From Takakia lepidozioides (taxonomy: Eukaryota; Plantae; Bryophyta): 64,000 nucleotides of DNA. Within the stretch, counting starts at the first letter, position 1. Every line of letters begins with the position of its first letter. The notes under the pieces are model-generated. The model saw only the letters and a program-made list of their open reading frames with translations, searched no databases and was not told the origin of the DNA. Positions 38,343-50,516 of the stretch are shown here, piece by piece. The stretch is taken from assembly GCA_030704615.1 (NCBI GenBank), contig CM060732.1, positions 37,510,001 to 37,574,000 of the forward strand, read 5' to 3'. The position numbers and the translations under genes are program-made.

Positions 38343-40103
38343 TCATCTGTTGGCCAGTCTCCCTGTTTTGATAGGATAACTTGCCACCAAGCAGATGAAA
38401 CTGAACACCCTACAGCCATAGAAGGTCATATCTACCATTGGAGACCTTTCGAGCTCTATGGCTCCTTTTTTTTGATGGCTCATACATAAATGTACCATCT
38501 ATGTTCGAGTAGTTTATGTAGGTCTCTGAGTATATGCAGCTTATGCTTATAGTAGACAAAATTGCATTCACATTTGTTGTGATTTATAGGGTGGTGACAC
38601 CACATGGTATTGCAGCTTCTCTTGTGCTACTTTATGTTGGTGCATGATTGTCTTTGCGGCCCAATCTATTAAGGCAGCAATTACAGCTTCTTTGTTTTGG
38701 AAGGCTATCGCAATGCCTCTTTGTGGAAGGTCTCTCAATATCAATCTGTCATTGGTATGGAGGAGTTTGACAAACAGGGCACATGTGGGCTGGAACAGGT
38801 AATTTGGGAGAGCAATTGCGACTTTCTCAAGGAGCATCACCATCACAAAGTGAGGCTGACTTATCAGATGCATCCTCCACCTACAAGGATTTTGAGTAAT
38901 AGTCTGCAAATATTGTGCCCATTCATTTGAGTTTCTCATTCTTTATACCCCTGATTCACAGGGCCACAAAATAAATTTCAAACTTGGATTAGGCTTAGAA
39001 AGCATTAGCAGATCAGCTGTAAGGAGAAATTTACTGTTATCGGCCAATACCTTGGCTGTTTAAGGCCAAAGATGTTGTGAAGGATTGGAAAAGCTTACAT
39101 TTGTACATTCCGCATGAGAAACCCCTTGAAAACAAGGGTGTATTCTGTTAGTGACACTATGAAATTGGGAAGACAATTGAGTCAATCACCGGAGCAAAGA
39201 AGAGTATCTGGAATTAACTCTCTGTATTCTTTATTGGCAACTGGATGACAATGCAGTGCTTCTCTTTGTACCAAGTTCTCATGAAGTAGGTCTACAATGG
39301 TGACTGTATGCACTGTAGTATCCAGTTGCATGCCCCAGGTTTTGGATTCAACCCCCTTCGTATAGAGTAACCTCTTTAGTGACTTAGGCTGTCGATACTG
39401 TGAATGGAACATGTATGATCAACACTACATACAAGGAGGGAATAAGTCGACAACCAAAGAGTCGTAGGCCTATTTACAATAGCAAGGCCGAGCTGCGGGA
39501 ACGGCGAGCCCTGCTACATCCCATAATTCTTCCTCCTCTTAAACGCTATCAGACATAGTATTTCATGAGGTGGAGGTGGCCAAGTGTGTAGAGCAAAAAA
39601 GAAGTGTGACGCCTCCCAAAGGAAGCCATAATATGGTGTCTTTTGACCCCAAGGGCTATTGCCTTCCATGTGAAAGGTGGACACCTTTGTGACTTCATAG
39701 GTCAATTGAACCCACAACCACTTCCGAGGTGGTACGTGCTACAACTTGGTTGGGGGGGGCTTGTTAATCAAATGAAATACAAGGAAAAATAAACCTTGGT
39801 TGTTACTCGGTGTGGCTCGCGGCTTGGTCCCCAGTTCGCTTGGGCTGCCCCATTGAGCAGATATAGGGTATTTGTCCTCCTCCATTTTAAGGTACATAAA
39901 CTAATGCTAAGAGGGGTCAGCCTCCACATGCCTACAAGGTCATGTGGGACTCGGGAGCCCCAATATTTCTCTAATGTATCATTTCCACGGCGTGAAATGA
40001 GTGTTGTTGTCAGAGACAAACATTCATCTTGTTTTTTCTTTGGTTTTTTTTGGGCAGATAAAAAACAAGCCTCAAACGACAATTGGCTCTCCTGTTTTGC
40101 TTT

Positions 40104-40504
40104 GGCACCGTACCACACTAGCGGCACACCAACACACCAACGGCACCGATGTGGATGTTGCAGGCTAGGGATTGTTGGATGATGATATAGGTCCGTGTCA
40201 CCAAGCGGCAATGAATCAGCTACCACACTATAGTAGAAGCCCATCGGCAAAACAATCGGTATGAGAGAACATCGCACGACGGGGTTGGAGAGATGGCGGG
40301 GAAATCGCGTCGCACAAAATGTCTTTCTAAAATTGTTGATTTCCAGGGGACACTGCTTGGAAATCCGCATTTCACAGTAATGTGACATGCAACGCCTTTC
40401 CGCCGCTAGTGTGGTAGGCAGTGCGACACACTACCCTCCCTTAACCCAATAGGAGGGCCCGAAATTGAGTGGGGCAACCTCTTGTCGCTAGTGTGGTATC
40501 GCCC
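40104..40504. mobile_element. Tourist-like (PIF/Harbinger) MITE
   Basis: The left end GGCACCGTACCACACTAGCG matches the right-end reverse complement GGGCGATACCACACTAGCG. The flanks are TTT and TTA. The segment is absent from the paralogous repeat at 9652-9815. Confidence 0.65.
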
Positions 40505-41067
40505 TTAGAGGAAGCTAAGACTAGGGAGCATGACTCAGCACAACACACCAATCAGCGCCATGACAGGGTTTGACCACATTTTCTCCATCGACGTGCATGT
40601 CTCGGCAAAGTCTCTCTCTACAAGAGAGCCAACAAAATTCCACTACACAGAGAACCCAAAGAACACAAACATACATCTTCAAGTCTGCAACATCTCCACA
40701 TAATCAGCAAAATGGGAAACTAAAAGGCACGAACAGGTTGGTCCCAAAACGGCCAAAACGGACATTAGGGTTTAAGGAGATTTCCCTTGGGAACCTAATT
40801 ATATGAAGTTGGGATTAGCAAGACCAGAGGCTTACTCAAGAATAGAGATTCAGGATCAACTTTGACTGAAGAATATAACACATGTGGGGTGCCATCTGGG
40901 GTGTGAAAGTACCTGTTTTCCAGCAAAATCTACATTTAACCTTTCCAAAGGGCCTTTCTGATCCTACCTTAAAAATGCTTTGCCACTTTCAAACTGAAGG
41001 TCTCCCACCAAGCAGCCTAGCTTTCTCCTTCATATTCCAGTAAGATTATAGCATTTGTGAGCTTTCC

Positions 41068-43719
41068 TTACATTCCATTGAAAATCTGTCTCTCCAATAC
41101 TTGTCTAAAACTTCGTTTCTCCGATTTTCCACTTGGTTTCTTAGTGGAGGACCCTGTGTGAACAGCAGGCTCCCACCCATTAGAAGGGGGTTTGTTCTCC
41201 AACTCCACAGGTTCAAAATGTTCACTGGAAGGGGTTAGTTGTGTTGAAAGAGACTCCTCATGGGCAGCCATATTCTGCACTGTCAGATGCTTTCGTCGTA
41301 ACAGACCCAACTTCACAAGGGCCAGGCCTTTGCTCTGTTGGACACCCTTGGCAATCTGTCCAGTTGAGTCTTGCACTTTCCCTGTAATCTTTGCTTTCTG
41401 AATGGCCTGATCCCTCAATAACTTTGCCTTACTGTTGGCTGCCAGCACTGCTTTTGAGCCACGCACATAGTTCCGAACTACACCTGCACCATGATACTTC
41501 TCAGTGTGATGGATTGTCTCTGACATTCTAGGAACTTCAGTAGCTCAATGTCCAACACCAGTGGCCAGGACGATTTTTTTGTCAAGCTAGCTTGTCAGGT
41601 TTTGACAACAAAAGGTTGATGGGACTTCACCAAAAAGGAAAGCAAAGGCGCAGATGCATATGGAAGCAAATGGGAGAATCGTCCATACTCGTCTCTCTTT
41701 GAGTCCTGCAGGGTGGTTTGCTGAGATCCCCCCCTACCCTAAGTTCCCAAAAAGAAAGAAACTTGAAATCATAGATGATGTATTATTAAACCAAAAGTGT
41801 AACCTTCTATCCTAACAGTCATCAATTCCTCTTGTCTATATCTGTTGGTGGAGAGTGCATATGGAAAGCCAAGGCCAGGAGAGATAAGACTAGGCAAAGA
41901 TGTAAATTGCTTGCGAGCTGCTATTGCTCATTACGAGAAATAGAAGAATCAGAGCGTTGACCAGTTAACCATGTTAAACTTCAATTTGGAAGGGTACCAA
42001 TGGAAGACAACAAGGAATAATCCCAATAAACAGATTTAGCAGCTCACCTGGATCAGAGGTTGCTGCTGACACACCCCCGCCTGACACCTCCGTGGCATCT
42101 TTAGGTGCAAAACTTTTCTTAATTTGGAGACAGGGAAAGTCCAACCCAGTGAAACCCATTATCCTCATTCCCTGAATGTTCTCTATCTCAAACAAATCAG
42201 AGCTTGAATCATCCTCATCAAAAATGTCCCTCCTAATGTCCGGGTTGTTGCTGGAAAAGGTCTGGGGTGCCTGTCCAGAGCTCTCATCTGTGTTTGCCAC
42301 CTTTTCTCGAACACTGGTCTTCTTAGACACAGCCGCAGTGCTTGCCCTTTCCAGCGAGAAGAATTTAAAAGTACTGTTAAGACCCAGTCGGGGTTTCTTA
42401 ACTCTTACTGAAATTGGCGAGCCAAACGCGCTAGACGACGCATTCTCTCCCCTAAGACTCTCTGCCCCACTATCTTGAGGCCATTCTAATGCTTTATTCT
42501 TTGCCATACTCCTACCCATTTCAATCTCCTCCATCATCTTTGCAACTTTCATTTCCTCAATGATGTGTCCAGATCCCATCTCTTCGAAAGCTTTTGCAGT
42601 GGGCGAACTCGGAAAGGAAAAGAACTTGTCTGCCTCTGAATCAATCACCTTTGGTCCACGTGCGAGGCTACCCTCTTCGGCGGGTGATGGCACGTGTGCC
42701 GGAATAGAAAGGCTGATTGACCCATTCAACCCCAAATCCAGTGAAGGGTCCGCACAGGATAGTGATGACCCCGGATCTTTACACTGAGCACCCTCCAGAT
42801 CCCCAGCTGACTCGCCAACAATTTTGTGCAGCCTTGGGAATCTCTCACTAAGTCCAATTGTAAGTCGATCTGATGTTTCAGCTTCTTCCTCCCCTCCACA
42901 GTATCCCACACAAATTTTCTCCGTACACATAATTGCGTTGAGGGACGAATTCCCAGCATCTTGAGCGCTGTCAACAAAAGCCTTCCCAGGCTGAGAGGAG
43001 TAATTGTCCTCTCCTCCGCGACTTTGCTCTGGTTTTCTCCCAGTAATCGGTGCACCATATATGTTCTCTTCATGTTTCTTCCCTCCAATGAGTTTTCGTA
43101 ATCTGACAGGCCTCGCGGCAAGGCAGGCAGATTGCCTGGCAGCATTCACAACAGAAGCCCAGCGGCTGCTTGCTGGAAAGCATTCAAGCGAGGATCTTTC
43201 ACCACTGTCAGCGACCACTGGAGAAATTGCCCCACCCTGGTTTGAAGCTGCATCAACACTCACTGTCTCTTCATTTCCCTCTGAATCCTCCTCCTTCACA
43301 TCAACCACTGCGGTTTCCGCAGTTGGAAATGTGAGAGGAACGTCGAGCTCGCCGCTTTGGCCGTGATCATTCTCCTCAAGAAAAATGAAGGTGTCCCGGG
43401 CTGCGGCCTTGGCCGCAGCCTCAGCATATGACTTGGCTATGGCGTCCAGCCCCTGCATGTCCAAACCCTTCATCAAGGGTGCCGTCAGATAGGAAGCAAA
43501 TGATATATCCCCATGAGGACACCTCCTGGAACCTCTCTTGTAGAAGAGGGCACTAAGGCTGCCCACCTCTCCAACGTCTGCTGAGTTCCTAGGGGAATCG
43601 AAACTCAAACTTCTAAACCGGCCACTGAGCCCGAGACTACTGCAGCGAAAGCTTGTGACGTCGAGATTGGAGCCATCGTCATGTTCCAGCTCACCTCCCT
43701 TGGATGCGCAAAGACCCAT
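41068..43719 (-). CDS. Largely disordered protein with N-myristoylation/S-acylation motif and PKS/BIG GRAIN-like motifs; probable exons 43719-42048 and 41534-41068
   Basis: The 581-codon ORF starts MGLCASKG and contains DISFASYL and DDSSSDLFEIE. A strong donor CAG|GTGAG lies at 42048/42047. A phase-compatible acceptor CTGAAG| at 41535/41534 joins ORF 41068-41526. The family call is tentative. Confidence 0.7.
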
Positions 43720-46700
43720 ACCACTCCCCTCTCCTCGTTTCCAGTTCTCACTTCCAGCAGGGTTTAGGGTCCGAGTACTTGAGAATTAAGACTGTAAGTA
43801 AGCATGATTTGCTTCAAGGTCACAAAGAGAGAAGATTGTGTGAAATCAGGACCTCCAGCAGCATGAAACCCATGCTTCTGTCTAGCTACCAAGTCTTCTC
43901 TCTCTCTCCAAAACGAGCATCCACCCTCTCGTACTTCTCTCTGTCAAACGCACAAATGTCGCTGTAAAGCTGTACCCTTCTCTCCCATCCTTGGCAGATA
44001 TATACCCACAAAAACACTCCCCACAAAATCTGCTCCGGGCAGAATTATGGAATGCAGGATGGGCGGGGAAGCCATGAGGGATTGAATGCTGGTGGGCGCC
44101 AAACCATGGCGCCAACGAGAGGTTCCTTGCATTGTGGGTGGCACATTGAAGGAGCCTAGGGAGTGCCTAGTTTCAACACCCTTCACCGCGCACTGCTGGC
44201 CCCGAGCTTCTCTATTTGGGAGCGAGTCATCTGGAGGCAGCGAACTGGGCTACGCCGCGTGGAGAAAGATTTGGTGTTGCATCGAGTTCAAACAATCATC
44301 ACATTCTTCAGCACAGTAATTGAGCCGTCGCATCATAATCTCTGTAGCGATCCGTCACATAAATTACTGATTCTTTGGAATGTCCCAGCGACGCATCTGA
44401 AGATCGCATACTTTTGTGTCGTCCACATGTATGAGCGTTTGTTTTCGGATGCAGTCAGGGATTCATTAATGTGTGTTTGCAGTTTGCACGAAGGTCGCTA
44501 CAGTCTTTGTCCACTTCTCTCGTTGCTGCCTCTACTTTCATTTGTAGCTGTGCTGAAATCACTTTGCATTCCCTCTTCGCGAATGTGATAGGTCATGCCT
44601 CCTGCTGGCATATCAAAATCGAAGAGTTTAAGATAAATAGCACGCACTGATCTAAGCTGTGGAAGCTATGGAGGTCACTCAATGTCGCAGAGGAGAAGTT
44701 GGGCACTGTAGGCAATGTGAAGTTTGTCGCTCAACTTGGACACCAGGGGTCTATGGTTGCAAGAACTACATGTGTCTATGGCAAGGACTAAGCCTCTGAG
44801 TTCTGTCTGTCTATGTCTGTCCGTCTCTCCCTCCCTCCTTCCAGATTGACTTCTCTCATTTGTGAGAGGCGTTCTTCAAAACAAACAACGATAAAGGTGC
44901 CTCAACTCCAACAGAACACAGACGGCACGACGAACTGTAGAACTGCAGAGATAAAGGGAGACGAGTACCGAGTGCGAGAATGTGGGGGAAGAGAGGAAGC
45001 CCCAGTAGAGTGAAGTGAGAGAGATGTGGACGAACCTGTGGAAAGACTTCAAAGACTGGGCATAACATTGCCTGTTTACATGTAGTTGCGATGAGTCACG
45101 AGATACAGAAAGATAGTACAATGCTGCACAGTTCCCTGCAAAGCTTTGGCACCCAACTAAGAAATCGTATGACGTTAGGGAATTCCTTGCTACTGAGGGC
45201 AGCAAGGGGGGGTGGAAGTGGAACGCCACCCAGCATGGATGATTCGACAGGCTGGGCCCTCATGGCATCAAATCGAAAGCTTGAGAACAAACGGACGTGA
45301 TTATACAGATTCCGTTGCAAGCTTGGGAGGCCTTTAAGCCTGATGGCGTGATTCTCTTTTCAGAATCCCCACGCCCCTCCAGCAATTGGCATTCCACTTG
45401 AGATCGATGAATCAAAGGCCAGTTCTTGAAGCTCTAATCCGGTCAGAGGAGAGGCGATGTGTACTACGGTAGAGTGACCTCGACAAATGCATGTTGTGGG
45501 GGAGTCCTTGAACATTTACGGGATCAGTTGTGTCACTATACTTCAAAAGGGACTGTTACAAATAGAGCTAGGAATCTTACTTCCAAAAATATGGCACACG
45601 GGTATACTTGAATCTTCACACTCTTCCCCTGGAAAAAACTGATCCTTATCTCACTCTGCAGCTGCAGGCACTGCACCCCTGGCTGTAGTATGGGTCGTCA
45701 CAGGTCAGGCAAGTGGGGGCATGTGTCTCCTGACGAAAGGATGGCTATGTGGGATTGGGGTTTGTGCTTATCCATTATGGAGGAATCAAACTTGTTTTCT
45801 TCTGTGCTTACTTTGAATTTTTTCTAGTTGGGTTATATGTATGTTGGTGACAGACAGAGACCGAAAATCTAAGATCCTTGTGGTAGAGGTAGGTGATGGA
45901 GCAGCTGTGGTAGGGTTGTGGGGTCTCCCCGTCATTAGCACCTTCTTTTGTGGAAGGTGGAACCACCCGCACTTATACTAATATGAAGACCACGACACAT
46001 CAAGGGCCTGCTCTGATCCGATCAATTCTGCTCAGTGTATTCAGATGTTTGATGACTCGTGAACGATGGGATCGCTGGTCAAAACCCTACATTCCACAAG
46101 TCCGTGACCCTCTGTATCATCCAGTCGTTGTTGGTTATTTTGCTTTGCTCGTTCAGTTGCGAGGCTATGTTCTTGTTATCAAAGGTAGACAGCGTCATTT
46201 ATACGGTGGATGCTGATATGGCAAGTGCAAGGTGTGATGCTTGAAGAGCAATTCTGTTAATTAGTTTGCCTGATTGCACCTACCATATTACCTCACACTC
46301 TTGTTGACCCACTTTGGCAACAGCTGGTGGGCAGAGTGTGAGAGGCATGTCCAGGGTTGCCCTTGGCACTGTATGTGAATGGGAACGGTGGCTTGCTTGA
46401 GAGGTTGTGAGAGACTGGGGTGGATGTGATAAGTCTTGATGGACCATAGATATGGCTTTGTTCTTGACTTCTTCCCAGTAAGTCCAAGAAACCACTTGTG
46501 GCTGTGCAAGGGAATGTTTACCCTGCTATACTTTTGGGCTCCTGTGCCTGCAATCACTGAAGTCATTGAAAGGTACTTTTCTGTGAAACTGTAAAGCCAG
46601 TTCCTCCATGTTTGGGGAGATGAAGGTCTTGAGAAAGAGTTGGATTGTGAGTCTATGAATTTTTTGATATTGACTGCAGAGTAACATGTATATATTGCAT

Positions 46701-46772
46701 CATTTCAATAATAAATTTTGTTTATTCATATTTCTCATATTATTTCTGGACCAAATAAAAGTCCAGAATTAG

Positions 46773-47050
46773 TTAAAATAGTGTTTTCGTCTCAAAAATA
46801 GCTTTTAGCTTATCCCAAACCTCTTCGGAACTTTTAGCGTCAATGACTAGATTCATGTGATTGTCTCTCAAGCTCATTATGACGGTAGCCCTAGCCTTAT
46901 GATCTTTTCTATCCCATAAAGCTTGGCCAATTGCATCAATAAGTCTTATATGTGATCCATCAATCAATCCCCACGGGTCTTTGTCTAGAAGAATCATTTC
47001 CATTCTAAATTTCCAGGACTGGTAATTGGTTCCATTGAACCGATAAAGCC
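46773..47050 (-). mobile_element. Ty1/Copia gag N-terminal fragment
   Basis: FNGTNYQSWKFRMEMILLDKDPWGLIDG...WDRKDHKARATVIMSL...SSEEVWDKLKAIFE is the typical Copia gag (DUF4219/UBN2) pattern. It is truncated and no LTR was recognised. Confidence 0.85.
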
Positions 47051-47800
47051 TCTCTAAATATAGAGTTACTTTTCATGTCTCTAACTTTATCTACAAGTCA
47101 AGATGTAGATTATGGAGTTGTTTCCAACATCTTCACGGTCAAATTGAAGAAGACAAAGAGGGGCAGTGATGAACCATCTAAAAGAATTGTCATAGTGCAT
47201 GATATTAACAGGAGGTAGGGGATCTACGAGTCCTTTAGCCAGGGAGAAGACCTGGATTGGAAATAAATCCTTCTCCGAAACTTCAGTCCAGCTACGGGAG
47301 AAAAAGATTGCCCAATGTGTCAACCTGGAACGCTACTCAAAATCCTCACTAATAAGCAGAAACTCTGGTGCATGTGCTGATCTGCCGGTCTTAAGTATTA
47401 CATTGAAATTGGGTTACAACAAGCGGTGCGGGTTCTTAGTTTGTACACAAATATGATATTTCCAGTAAAATTTCTCGGCTAGTTTTCCTTCTGGCCATTT
47501 GCTATGTTTTTTGGATGTTCATCTGTAAATATGGATGGAATACATTTACACTTGTCTCGAATAAAGTGTGCATCAAGAAACCTTTCGCGTCGTCCAAGTC
47601 CTGCAATTGGGGGGAAGGGCCAACAAGGTGGGAGATACACGGAGGCACTGCCATTGTTTTAGTGATATGAAGTTTTATGGAATGATGTTATGTCCCATCA
47701 AGGCATGACATACACTTAAGCCTTGTTGACTAATTTGGTATCTAATACCACTGCATATACCGTGCACATAGCTTTTCATTGAACAATATTAGCATCTTAA

Positions 47801-48890
47801 CCCCTAAACGACGACGCGCCCCGGATCGGGTCGTGTCGTTTTACATCCATCCCCGTAGTTTCCGTGGATGAAGTCAGATAGAAACGCCGTCTGAACGGAA
47901 AATGTGCGCCCCGCTGTCCTCTACACACTCCAGCAAAAAAATCTTGATTTGAGTAAATGCCCTGCATGCTAGGATTTTTCAAGTGTCAGATTTTGCATGG
48001 TTTTGAGGGGGCCAGGTTATTTGACCAGCCACATGGCCGGCGCGAAGGGGAAATGCGGCGAGCATTGCAGCGGGGGCCACCTGCAGGGGAGTGGGTTGGC
48101 CGCATGCCTGCGCGCCATCATGGACATCATGGACAGGCCACCCGCCAAAGCCAGGTAGTCGCCGTGGTGACGGGCGACTCGGGGGCTGATCATCTCGGTT
48201 TCCCTTTTCACCCTCGGCGGGCCCTGCGTTTTTGCCTGACATGGCCCGAATCAAAGTCGTTGGAGAACCCACCGGAAGTCGTTGGAGAACCCACCGGACC
48301 GGCACCCAAATGCCTAAATTGGCACTAGCCTGAAAATTGCCAAAATACCCCATCCACAAAGCAATTAGTGTCTGAATCCAATAATTTTTTGTGGAGGTCC
48401 TTTACATTGGGGCGCAGCATCTACTGACTGTAGGAATCAGGATTCAAAACAGTTTTGCTGATCATTTTGAAGCATTGGGGTAAGTAGAGTAAGTGGGATC
48501 CGTTTTGACCCCCCCCAACTCACATACAAGGTAGCCCCCCTATATTTTGAGAATTTCGGTCTGAGATTTTGGGAGATGACCTGTTGTTTGCCCTTTATTC
48601 AGATTCTGGAGGCCATTTCTTCAAGAAAATTTGAAAAATCGCCAAACATGCATGGTCAAAGCAATTTTTCCTCTTTTTTTTTTGTTCATGGTTTCATTTG
48701 GGAATTTTCTTTTGTTATAATCTACTAAATGGAACGGTCAAAACTGCTGAAATTTCCTGAGGACCTTCATGTAATTAGTGTTGTTGAGATGGGACGGTTC
48801 ATCCAGCTAGATGTAAGGGGGTAGGAAGTTACAGCTCAGCAATGCAGGGTATATACCCCTTTTTGGGAAAACTGCCAAAAGTTTTAAGGG
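47801..48890. mobile_element. Possible non-autonomous piggyBac-type element
   Basis: The ends are TTAA|CCCCTAAAC and GTTTTAAGGG|TTAA, giving a TTAA duplication and CCC/GGG termini. The TIR is short and imperfect, and no transposase is present. Confidence 0.4.
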
Positions 48891-50516
48891 TTAAATGCCG
48901 GTGTGTGTGGCTGCGTGTGGCAGGGGTCGTGGAGGTGGGAGCGCCCCTTACCCGGACATGGCCAGTCTACTGGCCGGCAAGCTAGTCGGTTGGGGCCACA
49001 ATATGCACATAAAGCATTAGTTATTGCAAAAATTAGTAAGCCATTGGTAATCTGGTGGTTAAGAGCAATGAACAATAAACACAAGGTTTGGTGTTCAAAT
49101 CTCGTTAGGTTGTATTGTGGCAGTAATGTGTATTATTAAATATATATTTTGTCGAAGGGTGTGCCTGGTCCGCTCGTCGGTCTGAAGGAGGGTCGGGTCT
49201 ATTGGAGGGTCTGCTTGTCCGCTATAAGGTTGGAGTTGGTCTGTTAGAGGGTATGCCCAATCCGCTAGAAGGTCCGCCGCAGTAGATGAACAAGGACTTC
49301 GAAAAATTTCAGAATCTGGCCGACCCGGTGAATGGGCGGTGGGCTTATGATCTGACCCCATATGGGCTGTATTGGCGGGCCCATAGGTGCATTCAAGACG
49401 CTAATATAAAAAATGAGAGGTGTGCATATATTAGTCTTTCACCTATATACCAATACAAGTATCTATTTTTAAGAGAAAAACCATAAAAATCATAAAAATT
49501 AAAAATACTAAAATGTATGTACTATCTCTTATAGCATATTACATATATATCTTTATATTATATTATGTCCTCATTCATAACTTATCACCTGTTTTTTTGG
49601 CAATAGAGGGGGGGAAAAAAATGGCATTGTGGGCTTGAGTAGAACAGCCTGGATAAAGAAACATGAGGAACCTCTGATCACTAAGTTGGGATATAAACAC
49701 ATAGTATCATTTGATATATGAATAGATGAATATACATAGACAATCAGCCATGAATAGAACACATTATAAACAAAAGGAGCATGTGCCCAGCTAGGACCAC
49801 ACGAAAATGAGTGTAACATGTGCCCAACTGGGAACTAAAAACTTTCATGTTCCCATTAAGTCTCATGGGAACAACCCATCATAGAAGGTTAAGGGCACTT
49901 TGGCCAACTTGATGGCCAAGTAATAGATGGGCCCTGGAGCTGAATGCGAGGGAGCTGGTTCAGCCAGCATGGACCCCCCGCCACCCCCCCCCCCCCAACC
50001 CCCGCATCTGCCGCCCGCATACCGTGCGGCAGCCCCTCCCGCGCCTCATGTACCCTCTGCCAGGACATGACACATGTCCTCTCACCCATCCCCATCCCGC
50101 CTCCCATCCTCACCTCATGCATGGCATCGTCCCTCATCCCCCCTGCATGCCTTCATCCTCCCCATGCCACATGCTTGCGTCCATTGCATACATGGTATCC
50201 CCAAACATACATCATGTCCTCAATTCAAATTCGTTTAGCCATCTTTTCAAATTTTGAAATGGCAAATCTGAATAAAGAGAATGGACATTGGGATATATGC
50301 CACGTCGTCACATACACTGCCACCCCAATGGAGGGTTTTGCTACCCTCATCGTGCATTTCCTAGTAGAGCAGTTCTCTCCATGCGTTTCTAGCTTGTCCA
50401 TGAATTGACAGCATTCCATTATACATGCCCAGAATATGAATGCAAAAAGGCGCGTGTGAGGATACGGCAGCGAAAGAAGACATCAGCAAACTCAGAAGCG
50501 TCTTATTTCTGTAAGC

